From: Anolis carolinensis
Lineage: Eukaryota
Assembly (NCBI RefSeq): GCF_035594765.1
Contig: NC_085845.1
Location: 65,962,024 to 66,026,023, forward strand
Direction of reading: 5' to 3'
DNA length: 64,000 bases
The notes under the pieces were generated by a model. The model had not been told where the DNA came from and did not search any database. It was given only the letters and a program-made list of their open reading frames with translations. This document shows, piece by piece, positions 37,647 to 47,943 of this stretch (the stretch's first letter is position 1; each line of letters starts with the position of its first letter). Both the position numbers and the translations under genes were made by a program.

Positions 37647-37961
37647 AAGGTAAAGGTTTCCCCTGACGTTAAGTCCAGTCATATCCGACTCTGGGGGTTG
37701 GTGCTCATCTCCATTTCTAAGTCGAAGAGCAGGCATTGTCCATAGACACCTCCAAGGTCATGTGGCCAGCATGACTGCATGGAGCGCCGTTACCTTCCCA
37801 CCGGAGCGGTACCTATAGATCTACTCACATTGGCATGTTTTCAAACTGCTAGGTTGGCAGAAGCTGGAGCTAACAATGGGCGCTCACTCCGCTCCCAGGA
37901 TTTGAACCTGGGATCAAGTTCAGCAGCTCAGCACTTTAACACACTTCGCCACCGGGGCTCC
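37647..37961 (-). mobile_element. Sauria SINE, full length
   Basis: TSD CATTATGTTA at 37637-37646 and 37962-37971; (AAAGGT) tail on the + strand. Confidence 0.9.
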
Positions 37962-38040
37962 CATTATGTTACCAAGTAATAAATTTACTTTTAAATTGGG
38001 AGATCCAGTTGAAGTTTATAATTGTGAGATACATTTATTA

Positions 38041-38073
38041 CAGTTTCTAAAGTCGCTCCTGACACGAAAAAAA
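38041..38073 (+). mobile_element. Extremely 5'-truncated Vingi-SINE tail
   Basis: cagtttctaaagtcgctcctgacacgaaaaaaa. Confidence 0.6.
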
Positions 38074-38370
38074 TTACTCTCTCTTATTTTGCTCACATCT
38101 ACTCCACTTCTTTCTCTTTTTTACCCTTTTTGTCCATTCATGCATTTCAGTTTTCCTGCCCTTTTTTTTCAAGGTCATTTACCAGTTTCTCCAATAACTA
38201 GTTAGTTGACAGACACGTACTCTTGGCAGCTATAATCCAGCAAGTATTGGAGCTTTTGAACATGAAAATTGGGTAGAAAAATACTAAGGCAAATTATGAA
38301 ATTGAAGAATACAACAAGGATTTTGTCCTGCAAGTTTTAGTATTTTTTTTCACTGCCTTCCCACATCTAG

Positions 38371-38563
38371 GTATTTTAGAGTTGCAGTTCTTCCATCTTC
38401 GGCTGACATCAGCTGTCTGTTCCGTACGAAGGTCTATTCTGCTGCTGAAACTATTTTATTTAGTGAGATGTTCAGAGTATCTATTTCCCAGGCATCTTTG
38501 CATCAAAAAACTTTGAGAGTGGATGTCTGCTCCGTCAGTAAAACTCGTCGGGAAGAATGCCTA
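38371..38563 (+). CDS. WWC2: WWC2 exon, 193 bp, (V)YFRVAVLPSS...QKTLRVDVCSVSKTRREECL; C2 domain
   Basis: tctag|G acceptor, CTA|gtaagt donor. Confidence 0.95.
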
Positions 38564-40221
38564 GTAAGTATTCTTTATTATTGGTTTTGTTTGATGTTCT
38601 TATATTTAGAAGGTTTTTTTTCCCCATGCTGATAGATAGACAGCCTCAATGCTGTGCATTAGTAACCTCCAAAGGACTGAATATACTCATCTCTGATATT
38701 GGATGATTGCAGAGTTTAGACTCTCTTTTGATCAGAGTATTACAGAGGTAGACAATTTGTTCAGCTCTGAGGGCTTCATTGAAAATGCATCATGAGCCTG
38801 AGGGCTGCAGCTAATATACATATTTTAGATACATGTAATAAGAGTAATTTGCATTCCATTAGAATGGATGTGGTGAATGACAAATCAGAATGCGAGATAA
38901 TAATGTACTCCTCTGTGTAGATTCCACATTGTAGAAAAATTTGGTGTAGTCCTTCAACTGAATTATACATATATTGGCTTGGAGGTTTAAAAAATTAAGA
39001 AGTTTGGACACTTGATTAGTTGTTGCTTCTGATCTATTTGCATTTGTTTGTCGTGTTCCCCTACTTCTCACTAGAACAGAGTTGGGCAATATGGGGACTT
39101 CAGGGGCAGCCTACCTGCTTTCGTAGTTCTTGCACTCCTGGACATCTCTAGGGATGGGATTGGCCAGGAAATTGAGAGTATTTGCTGCAAGAAACACCAA
39201 GTAACACTGATTCTCCCTTAAAATAACATTCCCCTGCCACACCTTGTGACAACTCCCAAAAAGGGGGGGTTACAAACTTGGAAATGGATTTCTAGCTACT
39301 TCTGAGTTCACTTTTATGGTGCGATGCAAGAACTAGCCTGTGAAGCCTGGAGCTTAACCAGACATGAGGGCCAGCATCAATGTTCTAAAGATCTCCTAGC
39401 TGTTTTTCCTAGCAGGGCATCACTTTTTATATGTGTGAAATTATCCTCAGCAACATCCAGAAAATATATAAAGGTTACAGGAGAAATGGCCTTCAATATA
39501 AATGTTGCGTTGATGCAGTTTCCTAGCTGTCTTTTATACTGATATTTGTTGTGGTGAATAGTGTCAAGAAAGCAACATAGAAATGAAACCAGAGAATTAA
39601 AAGTAATAGCTTCCTTCCATTCAATATCGTTTCACTATGTGAAATTGTCATATATTATATCACTCCACAGGAAAACAAAGTGCTTGTCTACGCGAATGAT
39701 ATAACCCATAAATACAGTGAGTTGGGTCCTAGCTGTCCCCAAGACATTCCCGCACGTCCAATAGGAATCATGAGGTAAACCAGGTTAAATTGGTTTGAGG
39801 GGATCCTCCAGAATATCCCTGATACTTCAGAGCAATGCCACCATTTTGTGGCACGATTAGATCCAATTTGAAGCAGTCTGCTGTCCACACAGGGCATCAC
39901 CAAAATCCCCTTTCCGCTGCACACTCCATGGCAGGGAAAAGGGGATGAACTGTGCCTGGGTTGCTCCCACTCCCAGACAGCCACACAGCTCTGTGTCCGG
40001 TCCTGACTGTCATGAGCATCCCATACTGACACTTCTTCCCTCCTTCCTGGTCACACGGATCCTAATGCCCCCTTGCCAAAACAAAAAACGGGCATCTGGG
40101 ATCAGCCATGGTGACAAAGATGGTAAGGCGACGGTCCAGAGAGCCAATGTAGTCTTGGCCAACCTGCCACTGGCATGGGTTCAGGACAAGGCTTGTTACT
40201 GCCTCTGTGTTAGTCATACGC

Positions 40222-40476
40222 TTTTTTTCATGTCAGGAGCAACTTGAGAAATGTGTGTGCTTCTGGTGTGAGAGAATTGGCCATATGCAAGGACATTACC
40301 CAGGGGACGCCCGGATATTTGATGTTTTACCATCCTTATGGGAGGCTTCTCTCATGTCCCCACATGGGGAGCTGAAGCTAACAGAGGAAGCTGACCCGCT
40401 CTCCCCAGATTCAAACTGTCGACCTGTTGGTCAGCAGTTTGCCGGCACAAGGGTTTAACCTGTTGCGCCACCGGGG
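40222..40476 (-). mobile_element. Second copy of the Vingi-tailed SINE
   Basis: Colinear with 37230-37517. Confidence 0.8.
40269..40362 (-). ncRNA. HDV-like ribozyme fold inside the Vingi-derived SINE; further copies at 37276-37372 (-) and partial about 30848-30918 (+)
   Basis: P1 GGGGAC/GUCCCC(U); P2 UGAGAGAA/UUCUCUCA; P3 GCC/GGC; L3 UCC pairing with P1.1 GG; J4/2 GCCAA with the catalytic C; nested double-pseudoknot order as in HDV and CPEB3. Confidence 0.62.
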
Positions 40477-41942
40477 TAGGTGGTGGTGGAGGAGGAATCC
40501 ATCACACACATTGATTGATCAGTTAGTGTAGACATGGCCAAAGTTGCCTAGTCTGAAAGAAGTTCTTTCTTTAAGTCACCTGCCAGGAGACGTTCCCCGG
40601 CCTTGTTGTAGATTTTGTATGTAAACGGACTAGACCCGAAACAATCCCCATAATGTAGAGTATCTATTCACCACAGAGCTGTGGCTTCATCTGTCCATCC
40701 ACAGCTCAGCGAAAAAGGTGTACCAGGCAAAATTGTCAAATTTATCTTGAATAATAATATCATGATAAGAACCTGATGGCTTTTATTTTCTTTATACTTC
40801 TGTTACCCCAGCAGTTGCTTGGGAGCATATTGATTAATAACTGTAGACACAGCCAGAGTGTAAAGTAATGGTGCCTGAGGCATGCTCACAATTGGGTTCT
40901 CAAAGCCTCCAGATAGAAGGCTGATTTTTCTTTCCTTGCATATAAAACCGGTTTCCTTCTCCTGAAGAAGATGGACTGAGGCCAACTATATTTTGCCCCA
41001 GGCATCAACTTAGCCAGTACCCTCTCTTGCATAGATCTATTATATTTAATTAGAGATTTAAAATATAGACAGGGTTCTCCCCACCCCACCCCCGCATTAT
41101 CTGTCTGAGCTTCAATATTTATAGATTACTCACTTTTAGGAAGTACACTCATTAAGTCCTATGGCCCTTATACTGAGGAATCAAGAACAACATTGTGCCT
41201 TGAATTGCTTTGCTCTTTCTGTCCTACAAGCTTAAGTGCTCCCCCCAAAGTGTATTCTAAACCAGCATCATTTCTGTGCCATCTGCTCCAAACAAATACT
41301 TAGAGGGCTTTTAATCTCTTTCTATGGCTTGTCTTCTCCGTCATGCAAATAATGTAATCAGTGTTACACAGAGACATTTATGCATATAAATAAATCCACT
41401 TGATGCAATTGCCCACTCCTGTAGACACTTTTGAGAAGTGGAAGAATTGGTTAGGCGGTTGAGCCTCCAAATAGAGTGCCCCCATTATACATTATATGTG
41501 CAGTGGAATGGAGAAGGACAAATCCAGTAAGTATATGAACTTAGCCTGTGTTTACTTCAGTTTGAATATTGCTGTTTTACTTGAACCAAAAAGGTGTGCA
41601 GGTATAGTGGATGTGTTTAATTGCAATGAGATAAGAGGCATTTGGAGAGCCAATGTAAGACAATGTTCCATGGCAAAACTACTTCAACATATCTAAACTA
41701 TTTCATCATTCTTTACATTAAAGAGTGACATAAATGCAATTTTAGAGTGATCTCCCACGGAGTCATAATATTGGCTTAGCAAGTTCACATCATGTCACTC
41801 AGGGCCCTTCCACACAGCCATATAACTCAGAATATCAAGGCAGAAAATCCACTATATGTGTTGTCGAAGGCTTTCATGGCCAGAATCACAGGGTTGTTGT
41901 ATGTCTTTCGGGCTGTGTGGCCATGTTCCAGAAGCATTCTCT

Positions 41943-41983
41943 CCTGACGTTTCGCCCACATCTATGGCAGGCATCCTCAGAGG
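41943..41983 (-). ncRNA. Minimal type I hammerhead ribozyme, Penelope 3' repeat
   Basis: CCU CUGAGGA U GCCUGC-loop-GUGGGC GAAAC GUC^AGG: hammerhead core, 6-bp helix II, palindromic ACGU in place of helix III, as described for PLE hammerheads. Confidence 0.85.
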
Positions 41984-42101
41984 TTGTGAGGTATGGATAA
42001 ACTAAGTCAGGAAAGGAAAGAATATATATCTGTGTAGAGTCCAAGGTGTGGCAAGAGTTCTTTGTCACTGGGAGCCAGCATTAATGTTTCAGTTAATCAC
42101 C

Positions 42102-44612
42102 CTAATTGGCACTGGAAATGTTTTGTCCCTTGCCTGGGGGCATCCTTTGTTCAGTCAAGTCCTCATTGTGTTGGTTCCCATCTACTGTTTTGATTTTGGA
42201 GTTTTGTAATACTGGTAGCCAGATTTTGTTCATTTTCATGGTTTCTTCCTTTCTGTTGAAGTTGTCCACATGCTTGTGGATTTCAATGGCTTCTCTGTGT
42301 AGTCTGACATGATAGTTGTTAGAATGGTCCAGCATTTTTGTGTTCTCAAATAGTATTCTGTGTCCAGGCTGGTTCATCAAATGCTCTGCTATGGCTGATT
42401 TCTCTGGTTGAATTAGTCTGCAGTGCCTTTCATGTTCTTTGACTCTTGTTTGGGCGCTGCGTTTGGTGGTCCCTATGTAGACTTGTCCACAGCTGCATGG
42501 TATCCGGTAGACTCCTGCAGAAGAGAGAGGATCCCTCTTGTCCTTCGCTGACCGTAGCATTTGTTGGATTTTCTTCGTGGGTCTGTAGATAGTTTGTAGG
42601 TTGTGCTTCTTCATCAGCTTCCCTATGCGGTCAGTAGTTCCCTTGATGTATGGTAAGAACACCTTTCCTCTGGGTGGATCTTTGTCTTGACTCTCATGGC
42701 TTGTTCTTGGCCTTGCAGCTCTTCTGATGTCTGTGGTGGAGTATCCATTGGCCTGTAGAGCCCAGTTTAGGTGGTTGAGTTCACCTTGGAGGAGGTGAGG
42801 TTCGCAGATTCTTTGTGCACGGTCTGTCAGGGCTTTGATTGTGCTCCTTTTTTGACTTGGGTGATGGTTGGAGTTTTTATGAAGGTATCTATCTGTATGT
42901 GTAGGTTTTCTGTAAACTGTGTGGCCCAATTGTTGATTGGGTTTGCGGATGACCAGAACATCTAGAAATGGCAGTTTTCCTTCCTTTTCTTTTTCCATGG
43001 TGAATTGGATGTTTGGGTGGATGCTGTTAAGATGGTCCAGGAACTTGCTGAGTTCTTCCTCTCCATGGCTCCAAATTGTGAAGGTGTCATCTACGTATCT
43101 GAACCAAACAGTTGGCTTTTTTGGTGCTGTTTCTAGGGCCTGTTTTTCAAAGTATTCCATATAGAAATTTGCTACTACTGGGCTGAGAGGGCTCCCCATG
43201 GCCACTCCATCCTTCTGTTCATAGAATCCAGTGTCCCACTGAAAGTAGCTAGTGGTGAGGCAATGGTGAAACAGGGCTGTGATGTCTTCTGGGAAGTTTT
43301 GTTTGATTAGTGTGAGGGTGTCAGCTACTGGGACTTTGGTAAAAAGGGACACCACATCAAAGCTGATCAGGATGTCCTTGGTGCTTAGATTGAGGTTGCT
43401 GATCTTTTCTATAAAGTGTGTAGAGTCCTTGATATAATGTGCAGTGAGCCCAATGTGGGTTTGTAGCTGTGTAGCCAGAAATTTTGCCAGGTTGTAAGTC
43501 GGCGATCCAATGGCACTTACAATGGGTCTGAGTGGGATGGAGTCCTTGTGGATTTTGGGGAGTCCGTAAAGCCTGGGTGGGAGGGCTTCTGATTTGCACA
43601 GCTGTTGGCGTATGTCAAAGTTAATGGAGGAGTTCTTGATTAGAGTGTTAGTTTTTCTGGTGATTTTGTTAGTGGGGTCTTGTTTCAGTTTCTTGTAAAT
43701 TGTGGGATCTAGAAGTTGTCTGATTTTTTCTTTGTATTGTTTTGTTTCCATGATTACTGTGGCATTCCCCTTGTCAGCTGGAAGAATGATGATTTCAGGA
43801 TCTGAGTTGAGATCTTTGATGGCCTGTCTTTCTTTTCTCGTTATGTTGCTGGGGGGGAGTTTTGCATTTCTCAGGATCCTTGCTGTTTCCATTCTTACCT
43901 CCTCTGCTTCTTCCTCAGGGAGCTGATAAATTGCTGATTCAACATTGGCAATGATGTTTTCTACTGGGATCCTGGTGGTGGTGACTGCAAAATTTCCTCC
44001 TTTTTCTAGAATGGATACTTGGTCTTCAGTGAGTTGTCTGTCTGTCAGGTTGATGATGGTCCGTGATTTATCCAGTTCTGGCTTTGGCTGTTGCTTACGG
44101 CATTTGTCAAATTTTTGTTTTTGTCTCTTGGTGTGGAGAACCATGTCTTTCTCCATTTTCTTGTAGGTAAGGCTGTCTATTTTATCCCAGTCCTGGGTAT
44201 TCATCTTTTGGCTGATGTTGATGTGGAGGTGCAGCAGTTCTTTGTCTGTGTTTGCGAGTTCTTTACGGATGGTGTGGATTCTCTCTCTCAAGAGGTTGCG
44301 TTCCAGGCGGTTGTAAATGCGACGAGCCTGTGGTGTTTTGAAGGTCCTTTTGGCTGCAAAAAATTGTGGGATGGTATCTGTGTCTCTGCAGCGTAGAAGG
44401 AAGGTCAGGGAGCACAGTAGATGTGCTTTCCTGGTCCTTAGTTTTTCCAATCTCCGTGTGTCTTGGAACAATTTCTCCCCGTAGAGATGTTCAATGTGTT
44501 GTCGAAGGCTTTCACGGCCAGAATCACAGGGTTGTTGTATGTCTTTCGGGCTGTGTGGCCATGTTCCAGAAGCATTCTCTCCTGACGTTTCGCCCACATC
44601 TATGGCAGGCAT
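42102..44612 (-). CDS. Penelope-like polyprotein: reverse transcriptase + GIY-YIG endonuclease, 836 aa, intact
   Basis: RT motifs YGLPKIHK, LRPIVS, SFDVVSLFT, GVAMGSPLSP, RYVDD, LPFLD; endonuclease GVYRIPCSCGQVYIG...SAIAEH...REAIEI; no stops or frameshifts. Confidence 0.96.
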   Translation of the reverse strand: MPAIDVGETSGENASGTWPHSPKDIQQPCDSGRESLRQHIEHLYGEKLFQDTRRLEKLRTRKAHLLCSLTFLLRCRDTDTIPQFFAAKRTFKTPQARRIYNRLERNLLRERIHTIRKELANTDKELLHLHINISQKMNTQDWDKIDSLTYKKMEKDMVLHTKRQKQKFDKCRKQQPKPELDKSRTIINLTDRQLTEDQVSILEKGGNFAVTTTRIPVENIIANVESAIYQLPEEEAEEVRMETARILRNAKLPPSNITRKERQAIKDLNSDPEIIILPADKGNATVIMETKQYKEKIRQLLDPTIYKKLKQDPTNKITRKTNTLIKNSSINFDIRQQLCKSEALPPRLYGLPKIHKDSIPLRPIVSAIGSPTYNLAKFLATQLQTHIGLTAHYIKDSTHFIEKISNLNLSTKDILISFDVVSLFTKVPVADTLTLIKQNFPEDITALFHHCLTTSYFQWDTGFYEQKDGVAMGSPLSPVVANFYMEYFEKQALETAPKKPTVWFRYVDDTFTIWSHGEEELSKFLDHLNSIHPNIQFTMEKEKEGKLPFLDVLVIRKPNQQLGHTVYRKPTHTDRYLHKNSNHHPSQKRSTIKALTDRAQRICEPHLLQGELNHLNWALQANGYSTTDIRRAARPRTSHESQDKDPPRGKVFLPYIKGTTDRIGKLMKKHNLQTIYRPTKKIQQMLRSAKDKRDPLSSAGVYRIPCSCGQVYIGTTKRSAQTRVKEHERHCRLIQPEKSAIAEHLMNQPGHRILFENTKMLDHSNNYHVRLHREAIEIHKHVDNFNRKEETMKMNKIWLPVLQNSKIKTVDGNQHNEDLTEQRMPPGKGQNISSAN

Positions 44613-44621
44613 CCTCAGAGG
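44581..44621 (-). ncRNA. Minimal type I hammerhead ribozyme, Penelope 5' repeat; contains the ORF ATG
   Basis: Identical motif, 2638 nt upstream of the copy at 41943 on the - strand. Confidence 0.85.
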
Positions 44622-45650
44622 TTGTCCAATTCACCATGGAAAAAGAAAAGGAAGGAAAACTGCCATTTCTAGATGTTCTGGTCATCCGCAAACCCAATCA
44701 ACAATTGGGCCACACAGTTTACAGAAAACCTACACATACAGATAGATACCTTCATAAAAACTCCAACCATCACCCAAGTCAAAAAAGGAGCACAATCAAA
44801 GCCCTGACAGACCGTGCACAAAGAATCTGTGAACCTCACCTCCTCCAAGGTGAACTCAACCACCTAAACTGGGCTCTACAGGCCAATGGATACTCCACCA
44901 CAGACATCAGAAGAGCTGCAAGGCCAAGAACAAGCCATGAGAGTCAAGACAAAGATCCACCCAGAGGAAAGGTGTTCTTACCATACATCAAGGGAACTAC
45001 TGACCGCATAGGGAAGCTGATGAAGAAGCACAACCTACAAACTATCTACAGACCCACGAAGAAAATCCAACAAATGCTACGGTCAGCGAAGGACAAGAGG
45101 GATCCTCTCTCTTCTGCAGGAGTCTACCGGATACCATGCAGCTGTGGACAAGTCTACATAGGGACCACCAAACGCAGCGCCCAAACAAGAGTCAAAGAAC
45201 ATGAAAGGCACTGCAGACTAATTCAACCAGAGAAATCAGCCATAGCAGAGCATTTGATGAACCAGCCTGGACACAGAATACTATTTGAGAACACAAAAAT
45301 GCTGGACCATTCTAACAACTATCATGTCAGACTACACAGAGAAGCCATTGAAATCCACAAGCATGTGGACAACTTCAACAGAAAGGAAGAAACCATGAAA
45401 ATGAACAAAATCTGGCTACCAGTATTACAAAACTCCAAAATCAAAACAGTAGATGGGAACCAACACAATGAGGACTTGACTGAACAAAGGATGCCCCCAG
45501 GCAAGGGACAAAACATTTCCAGTGCCAATTAGGGTGATTAACTGAAACATTAATGCTGGCTCCCAGTGACAAAGAACTCTTGCCACACCTTGGACTCTAC
45601 ACAGATATATATTCTTTCCTTTCCTGACTTAGTTTATCCATACCTCACAA

Positions 45651-45691
45651 CCTCTGAGGATGCCTGCCATAGATGTGGGCGAAACGTCAGG
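45651..45691 (+). ncRNA. Minimal hammerhead ribozyme in the inverted copy, sense to WWC2 pre-mRNA
   Basis: cctctgaggatgcctgccatagatgtgggcgaaacgtcagg. Confidence 0.82.
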
Positions 45692-45754
45692 AGAGAATGC
45701 TTCTGGAACATGGCCACACAGCCCGAAAGACATACAACAACCCAATCCACTATA

Positions 45755-46409
45755 TGTTGCCCCCCAGGCCTGAAGCCATCTATGACCATAGCATCGCACA
45801 GGAGTCCAGAGTAAAGGCAAACAGTTTATTGCAAAACACACAAAAATATAAAGAAAAAGCAGGGATAAGGAAATAAGATAAAGAATCCCAAAAGTCAGCA
45901 ATCAATTGTCTCTGGTAAATCCAAAAGCAAACTTTCAGAATGCTTGAATTCCCCCCCCCCCCCAAAAAAAAACTTGAAACAGGAACCAGAGAACCCAGGT
46001 CTAGCCGTACTTCAAAGCCACGTTGCCTGAACTGAAATCAGAGTGTCTGTTAGCTCCTAATAAACAGACATGAAAGCATTATGTCTGCCCTGAATTTTCT
46101 GTTTCCCATGAAGCCGTATTGATCTACAAAGCTTGCTATCTGCTCTAATCTGCAAATGTGCCTCCTTGCTGAGATCAGTATCACTAGTTGCTTTCCCATC
46201 AGAGTTTCTCATCAATTCATCTTCGTTAAACTCCTTACCTAAAGAGGATGATTCCAATTCTTGTGCCTGGCTTTTAGGTTCAGAAGCATCTGTGCCTACA
46301 TCTCTATCTAACACGGTTTCACTTTCTTGGCCTGCATCAGAAGGAATCCCAGGAAAGCCCAAAGTCCAGTTTGACTCTTGGCTGTTGTGACTGCTTCTGA
46401 ACTATAACA
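45755..46409 (-). mobile_element. Solo LTR (Gypsy/BEL-like)
   Basis: TGTTG...TAACA termini; AATAAA on the - strand near 45825; 5-bp flanks CTATA / CAATA; interrupts a MITE. Confidence 0.6.
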
Positions 46410-46588
46410 CAATATCTGCTTTGAGCTGAGTTATCTGAGTCCACACTGCCATATATTCCAGTTCAAAGCAGATAATGTGGGATTTTATTCAGCTGTGTGG
46501 AAGGGGCCTGAAGTTGAGTTGGGACTTACACTTGAAACTATGCCTTCACATTACAATGACCAAACTCATCTTTTGCATTTTTCTGTAG

Positions 46589-46747
46589 GCTGGAACTCAG
46601 ATAAGCCTGGCAGACTTGTCACTTTCAAATGAGACTTCTACTTTGTGGTATAATTTGCTCGCTTACAAGCAGATTCATGGCAAAAAGAAGCCAAAGGAAG
46701 ATCCTGTGTTTGTACCAAACAGTGAATCATCTGACTCCTTGGACTTG
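46589..46747 (+). CDS. WWC2: WWC2 exon, 159 bp, AGTQISLADL...LWYNLL...SDSLDL; end of C2 domain
   Basis: tgtag|G acceptor, TTG|gtgagc donor; 53 codons. Confidence 0.94.
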
Positions 46748-47145
46748 GTGAGCAATGTATGACAATGCCTGGGGAGAAATCTAGGAATAGTAGGAGTTTA
46801 GGTAGTGATTGTCATAACTCTAGGGTCTATATTTTTGGTCCATCCTGCTGCCTTTAGTGGCCAACTGCCATATAACCCAAGGTTCACATCAAAAAGAAGC
46901 AGTGTTAACATTTCCTGTGGATAAACTACTAAGGTCATGACTAGAAGGCAAGATTATAACCATTCTTCGTAGGATCATTAGCTTTCCCGATGCAGAATAT
47001 ATTTCTTTTTTTTCTTTTTCATGGAAGAACATTTGAAATGCAACTTGCCCTGCTCATTTACTGTTCTTTGACACTTATTTCAAAAATAAATAGGGAGGTT
47101 GGATTAGGTAGTATCCTGATCTGTGTGCAGTAGAGAACAAGAGTA

Positions 47146-47407
47146 GCAGTACATATGAAAAAGATCTTGGAGTACTCATGAACAACAAGTTAAACATGAG
47201 CCGACAATGTGATGCTGCAGCTAAAAAAGCCAATGGGATTTTGGCCTACATAAATAGGATTATAGCATCTAGATCCAGGGAAGTCATGCTACCCGTCTTT
47301 TCTGCCTTGGTCAGACTACACCTGGAATACTGTGTCCTACTTCTTGGCTGGGGGTTGGACTGGATGGCCCACAAGGTCTCTTCCAACTCTATGATTCTAT
47401 GATTCTA
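47146..47407 (+). mobile_element. CR1 fragment with a large internal deletion
   Basis: EKDLGV..NKLNMSRQCDAAAKKANGIL...LVRLHLEYCV fused directly to the 3' UTR and (TTCTATGA)n. Confidence 0.88.
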
Positions 47408-47943
47408 AGAGTACACTTGACCTATTTTGTGAGGCCTGTCCTACCTGACTGATGTTTGTAAAGGTATATGCACGTAAAACGGTACATATATCAAATTATA
47501 ACTGTCATATGTAAACTACAAAGGCCTTCATCCTTAAGAATGTATGAATGTAGATATTTATGATCTTACACCGATGTGTGAAATGTCCAAAATAGTCAAA
47601 GTGGGCTCTACAGGTGATCAATGAGGGGCACTTGTTGGGAAAGGGATGTGATTTCCACAGGAATACATGAAATCTTGAAGGGTAACATGGAAATATTATG
47701 TCAGCTATGTGTTTGAATAAGCCCTGAGTATCTGATGATATTACACTGCTCATAGGAATGTGCCCCTAAAGATGTTTTCAAACTCAATAATTTGAATTTG
47801 AAAAATTAATATAATGAAATAGATAATGACTTTCTTGTTTAGCCAGGTTTTGTCAGTATCCACAACTGTTGATGGCTCAGGTTATACATTATAATATACA
47901 GTATATAATAGTGACAGAGATATCTCTCCAATGTCTCTGCTAG

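Larger units (their letters stand above)
41860..45743 (-). mobile_element. Penelope-like element (Penelope/Poseidon type): full unit on the - strand (about 41856-44625) plus an inverted 5'-truncated copy on the + strand (44625-45743)
   Basis: TSD AATCCACTATATGT at 41846-41859 and 45744-45757; 132-nt direct repeat (pseudo-LTR) at 41856-41987 and 44494-44625; inverted arms 41891-43009 and 44625-45743. Confidence 0.96.
41801..46509. mobile_element. Harbinger-like MITE split into about 41801-41854 and 46410-46509
   Basis: TIRs AGGGCCCTTCCACACAGC / GCTGTGTGGAAGGGGCCT; the halves rejoin as gcagaaaatcca-caatatctgctttg. Confidence 0.7.

Noticed and set aside
44366-45532. 388-aa + strand ORF as a novel endonuclease gene
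   Set aside because: It is a chance in-frame fusion of antisense Penelope sequence with the inverted truncated copy. It lacks the YVDD core and nothing suggests independent expression.
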